A DNA stretch of 64,000 nucleotides from Micropepsaceae bacterium (GCA_036273455.1 DASUHP010000033.1:13967-77966); one strand, 5' to 3'. Positions 25,050-34,972 are shown, counted from the first letter of the stretch. The notes: generated by a model from the sequence alone, not told the origin. Program-made: numbers and translations.

Positions 25050-26036
25050 ATGAAAAAAGTGGCATTGACTGCGGCCCTGGCCGATTACGATCACGTGCGC
25101 GATCTGGCGCTCGGGCGCGTACAGGCCGACGGAATCGAACTCACCTGCCTGACATTGCCGATCGAGGAAATCTTCTTTCGCTTCATCGTGTATCGGGAAT
25201 GGGAAGTTTCCGAAATTTCCTTCGCCAAGTATGTCGCGCTGACCGCGCAGGGCGACGAAAGTTATTGGGCGATACCGGTTTTTCCGTCGCGGGTTTTCCG
25301 CCATTCGTCGATCTATGTGCGTGATGGCGGGATTGCATCGGTTCAGGACCTCAAGGGCCGGCGCGTCGGCCTTCCCGAATGGGCGCAGACGGCGGCGGTC
25401 TATTCGCGCGGATTCCTGCAGCATCAATATGGTCTCGATCTGGCGTCCATCGAATGGGTCCAGGCGGGTGTCAATCAGGCAGGGCGGATTGAAAAAGTCG
25501 AGATCGACCTGCCGCCGGGCGTGAAGCTGACGCGCAGGCCCGACACGTCGCTGAATGAAATGCTGCTGTCCGGTGAAATCGATGCGGCGCTGGCCGCGCG
25601 TCCGCCGGATGCATTTCTCGCCGGCGATGGACGCATCCGGCGCCTGTTCCAGAATTATCGCGAGGTCGAGGAAGAATATTACCGCAGCACCGGAATATTT
25701 CCGATCATGCACACGGTGGCGGTGCGGCGCGACGTGCTGCACAGCCATCCCTGGATTCCGCGCAATCTGTTCAAGGCATTTGACGAGGCGAGGCGCCGCA
25801 GCGTGGCGCGGGCGCTGGAAGGGACAGCGTCGCTGTTTCCCATTCCATGGGCCAATGAATATGCCGAGCAGGGGATGGAGCTGCTGGGCAAGGATTATTT
25901 CCCCTACGGCATCGAGGAAAACCGCACCACGCTCGCCGCGTTCCTGCGCTACGCCTATGAACAGGGCGTGTGCAAGCGGCTGTTGGATGTCGAGGAGCTT
26001 TTCCCGCCGCAGCTCCACAGCACATATAAGGTATAA
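25050..26036 (+). CDS. 4,5-dihydroxyphthalate decarboxylase-like (NMT1/periplasmic-binding-fold) protein
   Basis: The N-terminus 'MKKVALTAALADYDHVRDLALGRVQADGIELTCLTLPIEEIFFRF..WEVSEISFAKY' matches my memory of this decarboxylase family. Confidence 0.6.
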   Translation: MKKVALTAALADYDHVRDLALGRVQADGIELTCLTLPIEEIFFRFIVYREWEVSEISFAKYVALTAQGDESYWAIPVFPSRVFRHSSIYVRDGGIASVQDLKGRRVGLPEWAQTAAVYSRGFLQHQYGLDLASIEWVQAGVNQAGRIEKVEIDLPPGVKLTRRPDTSLNEMLLSGEIDAALAARPPDAFLAGDGRIRRLFQNYREVEEEYYRSTGIFPIMHTVAVRRDVLHSHPWIPRNLFKAFDEARRRSVARALEGTASLFPIPWANEYAEQGMELLGKDYFPYGIEENRTTLAAFLRYAYEQGVCKRLLDVEELFPPQLHSTYKV

Positions 26037-26063
26037 TCGCGGCACGCTTTGAGGGTGAACGAA

Positions 26064-27122
26064 ATGGACCAGATGCGGGCGCAGGTTTCGACGAGGACAC
26101 CGGAATTCACCGCCTATTATGCGCGGCTGTCGCAGAAGAGCGTCGCACCGCTGTGGGAAGTATTGAAGAACCTCGTCACGCCTGAGCCGGTCAGCCCGGC
26201 CAAACCGGCACATTGGGCCTATCGGGACGTCCGGCCGTTGTTGTTCGAAGCGGGAAAACTGATCACGGCCGAACAGGCGGAACGGCGGGTTCTGGTGCTG
26301 GAAAATCCGGGCCTGAAAAATCTGTCTTCAATCACCCACTCGCTCTATGCCGGAATCCAGCTGGTGCTTCCGGGCGAAGTGGCGCCGCAGCACCGGCACA
26401 GCCAGGCGGCGCTGCGGTTCATTCTGGAAGGACGGGGCGCCACGACGACGGTCGAAGGCGAACGCTTCGAGATGTTTCCCGGCGATCTGATCCTGACGCC
26501 GTCCTGGCAATGGCACGACCATCAGAATGAAACATCCGAGCCGATCGTTTGGCTCGACGGTCTCGATATCGCGCTTGTTTCACTGCTGGACGCGAGCTTC
26601 ATGCAGCACTCGAACCAGAAAGAGCAGGAAGTCACGCGCAAAAAGGAGACCAGCCGCACACTTTATGGCGCCAATCTCGTCCCCGTCGATGATCGGCCCG
26701 TGTCGCTGAATTCTCCGCTGATGCGCTTTCCCTATGCCGAAGCGCGCGCCGCGCTCGAGCGGCTGAAAGCGGCGACAGAATGGGATTCCTGTCACGGGAT
26801 TCGCATGCGCTATGCCCATCCGCGGACCGGCGATTGGGTGATGCCCACCATCGGTCCGGCGATTCAACTGGTGCCGAAAAATCTCACCACGGCGGATTAC
26901 CGTTCGACGGATGGGATGATCTTCGCGGTCGCCGAGGGACACGGGACAGCAAAGATCGGGTCGGAGACATTCTCCCTTGCGCCACAGGATGTGTTTGTCT
27001 GCCCATCCTGGATGCCGCGCAGCTTCACGGCGGAATCCGATCTCGTGTTGTTCAATTTCTCTGACCGGCCGGTGCAGGAAAAACTCGGGCTGTGGCGCGA
27101 AGAACGTGGCACCACGAACTGA
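26064..27122 (+). CDS. gentisate 1,2-dioxygenase
   Basis: Contains 'APLWEVL', 'HRHSQAALRFILEGRGATTTVEGERF' and 'GDLILTPSWQWHDHQNE'. Bicupin of about 350 aa. GAGGG RBS before ATG 26064. Confidence 0.85.
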   Translation: MDQMRAQVSTRTPEFTAYYARLSQKSVAPLWEVLKNLVTPEPVSPAKPAHWAYRDVRPLLFEAGKLITAEQAERRVLVLENPGLKNLSSITHSLYAGIQLVLPGEVAPQHRHSQAALRFILEGRGATTTVEGERFEMFPGDLILTPSWQWHDHQNETSEPIVWLDGLDIALVSLLDASFMQHSNQKEQEVTRKKETSRTLYGANLVPVDDRPVSLNSPLMRFPYAEARAALERLKAATEWDSCHGIRMRYAHPRTGDWVMPTIGPAIQLVPKNLTTADYRSTDGMIFAVAEGHGTAKIGSETFSLAPQDVFVCPSWMPRSFTAESDLVLFNFSDRPVQEKLGLWREERGTTN

Positions 27123-27326
27123 AGTCCGGGTTCCACCAAGTGGATGAGACAGTTCAGTTGCTGGTGATTGTGTCGCCTCCGAAAGGAAACACCGCGTCGC
27201 TTCCGGCAGCCTTTTCTGTGGGCCGAGTCAACAGCGTTCGCAGTTCGCGTGAACATTTCTGCTGAAATTTCGTTACCACCGCGCAGAACCCCCCGATTTG
27301 TGGAACCTGGATGTCGGACGAGATCG

Positions 27327-28547
27327 ATGGCACCCCCCCCACGTTTGGTTGAGCCCAAGCCGGGAAGCGCCCACATTCCGCCCGCGACCGGCCGTGAAGT
27401 GGAGTTGCGCGTCCGGCAGCAGGAATTTCTGGCCAAACTTGGCGTCCTGGCGCTGAAAGGAACGCCGTTTGCCTCGCTTGCCGAACAAGCCGTGCAACTT
27501 GTTGCAGAAGGCCTCGACGCCGAGTTCTGCAAGATTTTGCAATATCTTCCCGACGAACATGCTTTTGTCCTGCGTGCGGGTGTCGGCTGGAACAAAAACC
27601 TGATCGGAGTCGCAAAGCTGGGGGCCGATTTACAATCTCCGGCCGGTTACGCCCTCCGCACCGGTAAGCCAGTGATCTCAAATCACCTTGCACATGAGGG
27701 CCGGTTCCAAACTCCGGAACTTCTTCACCTGTATGGCATTCAGCGTGCGATAAACGTCATCCTCCAGGGCGAAGGATCGCCCTATGGCGTGCTCGAGGCG
27801 GACAGCCGCTCGCCGCAGGAGTTCAGCGAAAACGACATCGCCTTTCTGCAGGGCGCCGCCAATATCCTCGGTATGAGCATGGACCGCGAGCGGGTCGAAC
27901 GCGATCTCAGGTCCGCGCTCGACCAGCAGAAGATGCTCCTCAAAGAGCTCAATCACCGGGTCAAAAACAGTTTGCAGCTGGTCGCAAGCATGCTGGAGCT
28001 TCAGTCCGGTTCGAAAGGCCGCATGAGCGAACTGGAGGAGGCATCGAAGCGTGTCATGGCCATCGCGCGCGCGCATGAGCATCTGTATCGCGGCACCGAT
28101 GTGACGAGGATTGATATCGGTCAGTATTTGTCCGACATCGGCCGTGAAATCGAGCGGTCCGCGGCACCTTGCAATATCGACGTTAATGTTGCGGCTGCGG
28201 CCCGCATTCTTGTGAATCCGGATCGTGCAATCTCGCTCGCGCTGATTGTCAATGAGCTTGTCACCAATGCCGTCAAGCACGCTTACCCGAACAAGTCCGG
28301 GTGCACAGTCTGGGTCCGGGCCGATGTCAGCGATCACACCCTCACTGTCTCGGTCCGGGATGGCGGTATAGGGTTGCCGGAAGGATTTGATCTCAGGGCA
28401 GCAACCAAGAGTTTGGGCATGCGGATCGTGAAGAGTTTGGCGCAGCAAATTCACGCCGATTTGGCCGCCAGACGCGCCAATCCGGGAGCCGAATTCATCC
28501 TTCGGCTACCGTTTTTTTTGGATGATGCGGTTTCGCCGGGCCCGTAA
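27327..28547 (+). CDS. GAF-domain sensor histidine kinase (HisKA_2/HWE type)
   Basis: N-terminal GAF-like region. H-box 'ELNHRVKNSLQLVASML'. ATPase motifs 'NELVTNAVKHAY' and 'DGGIGLPEGF'. Start uncertain (27168 or 27327). Confidence 0.8.
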   Translation: MAPPPRLVEPKPGSAHIPPATGREVELRVRQQEFLAKLGVLALKGTPFASLAEQAVQLVAEGLDAEFCKILQYLPDEHAFVLRAGVGWNKNLIGVAKLGADLQSPAGYALRTGKPVISNHLAHEGRFQTPELLHLYGIQRAINVILQGEGSPYGVLEADSRSPQEFSENDIAFLQGAANILGMSMDRERVERDLRSALDQQKMLLKELNHRVKNSLQLVASMLELQSGSKGRMSELEEASKRVMAIARAHEHLYRGTDVTRIDIGQYLSDIGREIERSAAPCNIDVNVAAAARILVNPDRAISLALIVNELVTNAVKHAYPNKSGCTVWVRADVSDHTLTVSVRDGGIGLPEGFDLRAATKSLGMRIVKSLAQQIHADLAARRANPGAEFILRLPFFLDDAVSPGP

Positions 28548-28644
28548 AGGAATTCCGCGCTTAAAGCATGCCAAAATCGACTGCGACAGAGTCACGGCCG
28601 GCGCAAAAATTGGGCTGTGGCGCCGGGCACGAAACTGCCGCGCT

Positions 28645-28869
28645 TCATGCTGTGTCAGGCGAAATATCGTCCAGGGCGGCATCCATGAAGCGCTGCAGTT
28701 CCCGATCACGTTCATCGGCATGCGCAGCCAGTCTGGATTGACGCCTGCATTCCGATGCGAAACGGCGGCTGCGGGTGTCAGGTACCCAAATCTGCACCGG
28801 ACGCAGGCCCGCCCTGCGAAGGGCGGCACGGCGCTTTTGGACCCGCGAAGAGGACGACGCTGGCATCAC
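28645..28869 (-). CDS. MazE-like antitoxin (DUF3018-type), no toxin partner
   Basis: 'RVQKRRAALRRAGLRPVQIWVPDTRSRRFASECRRQS' is the pattern I associate with DUF3018/MazE-family antitoxins. There is no ORF downstream before the kinase gene. Confidence 0.55.
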   Translation of the reverse strand: MMPASSSSRVQKRRAALRRAGLRPVQIWVPDTRSRRFASECRRQSRLAAHADERDRELQRFMDAALDDISPDTA

Positions 28870-28889
28870 GCAAACCTCTGACTGACCCA

Positions 28890-28917
28890 GTTACATGTAG
28901 CGTAATCGGGTTACATG
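28890..28917. promoter_or_regulatory. direct repeat GTTACATG x2 (20-nt period) upstream of the antitoxin gene, candidate operator
   Basis: GTTACATGTAGCGTAATCGGGTTACATG lies 21-48 nt upstream of the start at 28869. The first copy is part of the palindrome TACATGTA. Confidence 0.3.
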
Positions 28918-29014
28918 CAACATTTCACCGCGCCTTAATTGGATTTCCCTATTCGGTAAATTTCTGTTCGCTGTAACGCTTAACGAGTCTGCAACTGCCG
29001 GCGATGCTTGTAAT

Positions 29015-30196
29015 ATGAGTTTTACAATGGACAATCTGAAGGACCGGGACCGGCCGATCATCATTGTGGGCGGCGGCATCGGCGGGCTTGCCGCTGCACT
29101 GGCGCTTGCCGCGCGCGGATATCCATCGCTGGTCCTGGAACAGGCGCCGGAATTTAGGGAAGTCGGAGCCGGAATTCAGCTTGGGCCGAATTCGTGGCGC
29201 TGTCTGCGCGCGCTGAAGGCTGAAGAGCGCGCCAAAAAGCTGGCAGTATTTCCCCAAGCGCTGGTCATGATGGATGCAGTAACCGCGGAAAAAGTCATCT
29301 CCGTGCCGTTGCAAGGCTTCGAACAGCGCTTCGGCGCGCCATATGCGCTGATTCACCGTGCCGACCTGCTCGATGCACTGCTTGCCACATGCCGCGATTC
29401 ACCTTTGGTGCGCCTTAAAACCTCGTGTCATGTGACGTCTTTCCGCGACGATGGAGAACTGGTGCATGTCGCCACCAAAGACGGCCGCGAATATCAGACG
29501 CCGGCTTTGATCGGCGCCGACGGATTGTGGTCGACCATTCGCGCCAGCATCGTTGCCGACGGTAAACCGCGCGTGGCGGGCCATATCACTTATCGCGCCG
29601 TGCTGCCCGCTTCGGAAGTCCCGGAATATCTCCGCCGCAACGAGATGATCCTGTGGTCCGGACCGAAATGTCATCTCGTTCATTATCCGCTGCGCGGCGG
29701 CGAGCTGTTCAATCTGGTCGCCGTGTTTCACAGCAACCGCTACGAGGAGGGATGGAATTCCTTTGGCGACCCGGCTGAATTGCATGAACGGTTCCAGCAC
29801 ACCTGCGACGATGTGCGGCTGATGCTGGGCAAGATTTCCGAGTGGCGCATGTGGGTGCTGTGCGACCGCGAACCAGCGAAAATGTGGAGCAAGGGGCGGG
29901 TCACGCTATTGGGCGACGCTGCCCATCCGATGCTGCAATATCTGGCGCAGGGCGCCGGAATGGCATTGGAGGATTCCATCTCTCTGGCCCGCTGCCTGGA
30001 CGAAAGCGCCAGCGTTGAAGCGGCGTTCCAGGCCTATCCGTTGCAGCGTTATCTGCGGACCGGAAGGGTGCAATTGACCGCACGCCTGTATGGCGAATTT
30101 TACCACGCCGAAGGCGTGCGCCGCGAATTGCGCAACGCCTATGTCAAAAATCTGGGCTTTGAGGGGCTCGCCTGGATTTACGAATACCGCGTGTGA
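29015..30196 (+). CDS. FAD-dependent aromatic monooxygenase, 3-hydroxybenzoate 6-hydroxylase-like
   Basis: Contains 'IIIVGGGIGGLAAALALA' and 'GDAAHPMLQYLAQGAGMALED'. About 390 aa, in a locus with gentisate dioxygenase. Confidence 0.75.
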   Translation: MSFTMDNLKDRDRPIIIVGGGIGGLAAALALAARGYPSLVLEQAPEFREVGAGIQLGPNSWRCLRALKAEERAKKLAVFPQALVMMDAVTAEKVISVPLQGFEQRFGAPYALIHRADLLDALLATCRDSPLVRLKTSCHVTSFRDDGELVHVATKDGREYQTPALIGADGLWSTIRASIVADGKPRVAGHITYRAVLPASEVPEYLRRNEMILWSGPKCHLVHYPLRGGELFNLVAVFHSNRYEEGWNSFGDPAELHERFQHTCDDVRLMLGKISEWRMWVLCDREPAKMWSKGRVTLLGDAAHPMLQYLAQGAGMALEDSISLARCLDESASVEAAFQAYPLQRYLRTGRVQLTARLYGEFYHAEGVRRELRNAYVKNLGFEGLAWIYEYRV

Positions 30197-30222
30197 CTGG
30201 CGGGCTGGGGCCCAATCAACCA

Positions 30223-31776
30223 TCAGTGGCCTGACTGACTTGCTCCTTCGAGCGCGTAGTAGTCCGCCGGATGCGTCTCGTCGCGCTCTTGCCGCGCCAA
30301 TGCATTGAACACCAGCGTCAGCACCACAACGGTTGCAAGATTGAACAGCAGCGACCAGATCGCGATATAGGCGCGGATCGGCTCCCCGAAGATGGTCAAT
30401 GGATAAATTGCCCCAAATCCGATGCTTGCAGCCATCCAGGTGCCGCTGACCATTCCGACCAGCCAGCCGATCAGCAGCGCACGCGAGTCGAGCCAGCGCG
30501 TATAAAGTCCGAAGATCACTGCCGGGAAAGTGTGGATGATCCAGATTCCGCCGAGCAATTGCATCTGAATGGCATATTGGGTCGGCAGGAAAATGATGAA
30601 CATCAGCGCGCCAAATTTGACCACCAGCGACATGACCTTCGCGGTTTTGCCTTCAGCCGATGGCGTGCATTGCGGATTGATGAATTCACGGTAGATGTTG
30701 CGGGTGAACAGATTGGCTGCGGCGATCGACATGATCGCAGCCGGCACCAGCGCGCCAATTCCGATGGCGGCAAAGCCAAATCCGGCAAACCAGGACGGAA
30801 ACACCTGCAGGAACAGGGCCGGGACGGCGAAATTGGCGCCGAACTGTTTGAATGCTGCGGCATAGACCGGCATCGATCCGACGCCCACCGCCAGTGCCAT
30901 ATAGCCGAGCAGCGCAATCAGCCCGAGCACAAAGGAATAGGCGGGAAGCAGCGCTGCGTTGCGCCGAATCACGTGCCGGCTTGATGACGACAGCACGCCC
31001 GTTACCGAGTGCGGATAAAGGAAAAGCGCAAGCGCCGATCCCACAAACAGGGTGGCGTAACCGGTATAGGCACCGGCATTGTCGGCCAGCAACAGCTTGT
31101 CCTTTGGAACGGCTGCGAAGACTTTCGCCCAGCCACCGAGTTCAGTCGGGATGATGATGACCGCGGCAAACACGGTGATGTAGATCATCAGATCCTTGAT
31201 GATCGCGATCGCAGCCGGTGCGCGCAATCCGCTGAAGTAATCGAAGGCCGCCAGAATCATGAAGGCGATGACGAGCGGCAGATAGACCAGGGCTCCGGAG
31301 AGCTGAACGCCCATGGCGGCAATCACGACTTCGAGGCCGACCACCTGCAACGCGATATAGGGCAATGTGGCGAGAATGCCGGTGAGCGCCACCGCCAGCG
31401 CGAGCCAACGATCGCCATAGCGGCCGCGAACGAAGTCGGCCGCCGTGATGTAGCCGCGCGCGCGCGCCACCGACCACAGCCGCGGGAAAACCACGAAGAC
31501 GAAGGGATAGATCACGATCGTATAGGGTACGGCAAAGAACGCCAGCGCTCCCGCGCCGAAGGCGAGCGCCGGCACCGCAATGAAGGTGTAGGCCGTGTAA
31601 AGGTCACCGCCGAGCAGGAACCAGGTGATCAGCGTGCCGAACTTGCCACCTGCCAGACCCCATTCATGCAGGTGATCGAGATTGCCGCGCTTCCAGCGCG
31701 CGGCGGCGAATCCGACAAAGCTGACGATGGCGAAGAAGAAGATGAAGACAATCAGGGCCGTCCAGTTCAGCGGCAT
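30223..31776 (-). CDS. sodium:solute symporter family transporter (MctP-like)
   Basis: About 13 TM segments. N-terminus is 'WKRGNLDHLHEWGLAGGKFGTLITWFLLGGDLYTAYTF'. Preceded by a DUF3311 gene. Confidence 0.85.
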   Translation of the reverse strand: MPLNWTALIVFIFFFAIVSFVGFAAARWKRGNLDHLHEWGLAGGKFGTLITWFLLGGDLYTAYTFIAVPALAFGAGALAFFAVPYTIVIYPFVFVVFPRLWSVARARGYITAADFVRGRYGDRWLALAVALTGILATLPYIALQVVGLEVVIAAMGVQLSGALVYLPLVIAFMILAAFDYFSGLRAPAAIAIIKDLMIYITVFAAVIIIPTELGGWAKVFAAVPKDKLLLADNAGAYTGYATLFVGSALALFLYPHSVTGVLSSSSRHVIRRNAALLPAYSFVLGLIALLGYMALAVGVGSMPVYAAAFKQFGANFAVPALFLQVFPSWFAGFGFAAIGIGALVPAAIMSIAAANLFTRNIYREFINPQCTPSAEGKTAKVMSLVVKFGALMFIIFLPTQYAIQMQLLGGIWIIHTFPAVIFGLYTRWLDSRALLIGWLVGMVSGTWMAASIGFGAIYPLTIFGEPIRAYIAIWSLLFNLATVVVLTLVFNALARQERDETHPADYYALEGASQSGH

Positions 31777-31777
31777 A

Positions 31778-31996
31778 TCAAACCTCGCCGCGCGGTTCGG
31801 TCGCGTAATACACGAATGCCGTCACGCCCATGCTGACGAAAATCCAAACCAGCTGGAACCAGTAGAAGAAGGGAAACCCGAACAGCTCCGGCTCGACCGT
31901 GTTGTAGAACGGGACATAGACCACGAGCATGGGGATGAGCAGGAGCAGCAGCCACCAGCTGCCGCCATTCCTTTCCGGCTCTGCACCGTTCAACAT
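31778..31996 (-). CDS. DUF3311 small membrane protein (symporter partner)
   Basis: 72 aa, two TM segments, 'FGFPFFYWFQLVW'. It stops 1 nt before the symporter start. Confidence 0.7.
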   Translation of the reverse strand: MLNGAEPERNGGSWWLLLLLIPMLVVYVPFYNTVEPELFGFPFFYWFQLVWIFVSMGVTAFVYYATEPRGEV

Positions 31997-32137
31997 TGCC
32001 TCCCTCCGTTCTCGTTGGCGCTTGATTAAGCCAAGTCTGTTGCGGTGCCAAGCACTTGCGGCAGCCAGAGCGCCCGGGCGGTGGCGGGTTGCACCGGATT
32101 GGTCTAGGCTTCGCGCAAGCTACAACCGGAGGCGCGC

Positions 32138-32941
32138 GTGTTCGCCAAACTCAATCACATTGCGATCGTCAGCGAGAATTACGCCCAGCTCTGCAAATTC
32201 TACGAAGCGGTGTTCGGGATGACGACCTCCGCCAGGACGCGTCCGACCCGGGCGGTGACCGTGCGCGACGGCTATATCGGGCTGAACATCAATCCGCGGC
32301 GTGCCGGCCGTAGCGCCGGTTTTGACCATTTCGGCATCCAGGTGGAAGACACCGAGACGGCCTTTGACCGGATGCGGCGCTATTACCCGTCCGTAAAATG
32401 GCTGAAGCGTCCCTCCAATCGTCCATTCGCCGGGATCACCACGCATGACCCCGATGGCAATGTCTTCGACATTTCGCAGAAGGATATGGCCAACCGCCGT
32501 GATGTCTATGTCGAGAATGACGGAAGTCTCAACGCCCGCCACGTCGACCATTTCGCGATGCGCACCCTGAATCCGGAAGCAATGGCGGAATTTTATGCCC
32601 GCGTGTTCGAACTGACTCCCACGAACCGCAAGGAAGGCGATCCCAACCATTATCTCAGCGACGGCCACATCACGCTCGTCATCATGCCGTGGGATATTAC
32701 GAACTATCTCGGCACGGGCATCATCTCCTGCGGCATGGACCACATTGGATTCAAGGTGGAGGACGTGGACGCCTGCAAGGAAGATATCGCCCGCATTGCG
32801 GCCGACAATCCGCGATTGGCGCCGGAGCCTGTCGGCACGGGGGCGGAGGGCGCCGCGCTGGCGGAGTTGTTCAAGCACTCCTGTCCATTCGGCGCGCATC
32901 ATCTCGCGGATTCCGACGGGGTTTTGATCGACATCCACTGA
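32138..32941 (+). CDS. VOC (glyoxalase/bleomycin resistance/extradiol dioxygenase) family protein, two modules
   Basis: Contains 'LNHIAIVSENYAQLCKFYEAVFGM', 'DHFGIQVED', 'VDHFAMRT' and 'MDHIGFKVEDV'. Confidence 0.75.
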   Translation: MFAKLNHIAIVSENYAQLCKFYEAVFGMTTSARTRPTRAVTVRDGYIGLNINPRRAGRSAGFDHFGIQVEDTETAFDRMRRYYPSVKWLKRPSNRPFAGITTHDPDGNVFDISQKDMANRRDVYVENDGSLNARHVDHFAMRTLNPEAMAEFYARVFELTPTNRKEGDPNHYLSDGHITLVIMPWDITNYLGTGIISCGMDHIGFKVEDVDACKEDIARIAADNPRLAPEPVGTGAEGAALAELFKHSCPFGAHHLADSDGVLIDIH

Positions 32942-32949
32942 GGTTCGAA

Positions 32950-34002
32950 ATGACCGGTCTGAGCTCACGATTAGCCGCCGCAATATCGGCATCGGCAGCG
33001 GCAATGCTGGCGATGTCAGTCGCTGCGGCCGATCCGGTCAGCGATTTCTACAAGGGTCATCAGATCACGATGGTTCTGTCGGCGGATGCCGGCGGCGGTT
33101 ATGCCAGCTATGCCAACGCCTTTGCGCCGTATCTGTCAGCGCATATTCCCGGAAAGCCGAAAATCATCATTCAGAATATGCCGGGGGCCGGCGGCTTGCG
33201 GGCGATGAATTATCTGTACTCAGTCGCGCCGAAAGACGGCAGCGTCATTGCGCTGGTGCATTCCAGCGTGCCCTTCGCGCCGCTCTATGGCGAAACCGCT
33301 GCCAAATTCGATCCCCGGAAATTCAACTGGCTGGGTTCGATCGATGCCACCAGCGGCATCTGCGTCGCCTGGCACAATTCGAAAATCAAAACCTGGCAAG
33401 ACTTGTTCAACAAGCAATATGTCGTCGGCGGTTCGGGCGCCGGATCGCAGATGGAAACGCTGCCCGCCATGCTGAACAAACTGTTCGGGACGAAGATCAA
33501 AGTGATCTCCGGCTACAGGGGAGGCAACGAGGTCTATCTCGCGATGGAGCGCGGCGAAGTGGACGGCCGCTGCGGCTCGCTCGTCTCGTCGATCAACTCG
33601 ACGCGTCCCGACTGGTTTGCGCAAAAGAAAGTTTCGGTACCGGTGCAGATTGCGCTGGAGCGCGATCCGGAATTCCCGGATTCGCCGGCACTGATCGAAT
33701 TCGCCAGGGATGCCCGCACGAAGCAGATTCTGCGGCTCATCCTCGCACCGATGTCGATGGACCGGCCGATCCTGACGCCTCCGGGTGTTCCTGCCGATCG
33801 GGTTGCGGCGCTTAAAGCAGCGTTCCACGCCGCTATGGCCGATCCGGCATTTCTGGCCGATGCGAAAAAGCAGCGCATCGAAGTGAAGGAAGTCACGGCC
33901 GACAAGGTGGCCCAGATCATTTCCGGCGCATTTGCGATGCCGGCCGATGTCGTGAAAGCCGCCAATGAAGCGATGGGCGGCACTGCCGGCCGCGGCGATT
34001 GA
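32950..34002 (+). CDS. Bug/TctC-family substrate-binding protein
   Basis: I used the internal ATG of ORF 32689..34002. Signal peptide 'AAAMLAMSVAAA', 'GGGYASYANAF..IIQNMPGAGGLRAMN' and 'PAFLADAKKQRI'. Confidence 0.85.
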   Translation: MTGLSSRLAAAISASAAAMLAMSVAAADPVSDFYKGHQITMVLSADAGGGYASYANAFAPYLSAHIPGKPKIIIQNMPGAGGLRAMNYLYSVAPKDGSVIALVHSSVPFAPLYGETAAKFDPRKFNWLGSIDATSGICVAWHNSKIKTWQDLFNKQYVVGGSGAGSQMETLPAMLNKLFGTKIKVISGYRGGNEVYLAMERGEVDGRCGSLVSSINSTRPDWFAQKKVSVPVQIALERDPEFPDSPALIEFARDARTKQILRLILAPMSMDRPILTPPGVPADRVAALKAAFHAAMADPAFLADAKKQRIEVKEVTADKVAQIISGAFAMPADVVKAANEAMGGTAGRGD

Positions 34003-34925
34003 GCCGGAAAGTCATCATCACCTGCGCGGTCACGGGGTCGATCCACACGCCCTCGATGTCGCCATATCTGCCGATCACGCCTGAGCAGATCATTGACGAT
34101 GCGCTCGCGGCCGCCGACGCCGGTGCAGCTATCTTGCATCTACACGCGCGCGATCCCCAAACCGGCAAACCTGTCCATACGCCGGAAGCCTTCGCGCGCT
34201 TTCTGCCGCGCATCCGGCAACAGACGAATGCGGTGATCAATTTGACGACGGGCGCGGCCCCGTTCATGAGCGTCGAAGAGCGCGTCAAGCCGGCCGCAGT
34301 GTTCAAGCCCGAAGTCGCATCATTGAATATGGGCTCGATGAATTTCGGCCTGTTTCCGATGCTTGACCGTTATCGGGAATTCAAATTCGACTGGGAACGC
34401 GAGCATCTGGAGAATTCGCGCGATCTCGTGTTCCGCAATTCCTTTACGGATATCGAATACATTCTGCGGACCTGCGCCGCCAACGGCACGCGCTTCGAAT
34501 TCGAATGCTACGATATCGGACATCTCTACAACGTCCGGCATTTCCTTGATCGCGGCCTCGTTCAGCCGCCGCTGTTCGTGCAATCGGTATTCGGGATTCT
34601 CGGCGGTATCGGCACGCATCCGGAAGATGTCGCCCATATGAAGCGGACTGCCGACCGGTTGTTCGGAGAGGATTACCGCTGGTCCGTGCTGGGCGCGGGT
34701 GCGGCGCAAATGCGGGTTGCCGCGATGGCGGCTTCCATGGGCGGGAATGTCCGCGTCGGGCTGGAGGATTCGCTGTGGGCGGGACCAAAGCGGCTCGCCC
34801 AATCCAGTGCCGAACAGGTGCGCATGGTGCGCGGCATCATCGAACGTCTCGGTCTTCAGATCGCAACGCCGGATGACGCGCGCGAAATGCTCGCGCTGAA
34901 GGGCGGCGCCGAAGTGGCGTTTTGA
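33999..34925 (+). CDS. 3-keto-5-aminohexanoate cleavage enzyme family (BKACE/DUF849)
   Basis: Contains 'KVIITCAVTGSIHTPSMSPYLPITPEQI' and 'AAILHLHARDP'. The TTG start overlaps the upstream stop. Confidence 0.85.
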   Translation: MSRKVIITCAVTGSIHTPSMSPYLPITPEQIIDDALAAADAGAAILHLHARDPQTGKPVHTPEAFARFLPRIRQQTNAVINLTTGAAPFMSVEERVKPAAVFKPEVASLNMGSMNFGLFPMLDRYREFKFDWEREHLENSRDLVFRNSFTDIEYILRTCAANGTRFEFECYDIGHLYNVRHFLDRGLVQPPLFVQSVFGILGGIGTHPEDVAHMKRTADRLFGEDYRWSVLGAGAAQMRVAAMAASMGGNVRVGLEDSLWAGPKRLAQSSAEQVRMVRGIIERLGLQIATPDDAREMLALKGGAEVAF

Positions 34926-34972
34926 ATCCCGCACTATTAAATTGGCGAACAGTCGGAGCAGGAGGGGCAGTC

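Noticed and set aside
32689-32949. N-terminal extensions suggested by the ORF track. Examples: 32689 for the TctC gene, 45033 for the LLM gene, 35647 for endostatin-like copy 2, 34922 for copy 1, 55746 for the adaptor, 7341 for btuB, 19877 for the membrane protein, 21581 for the MFS.
   Set aside because: The extensions overlap the preceding gene or lack coding character. Internal ATGs with RBS and signal peptides or conserved N-termini give sensible proteins.
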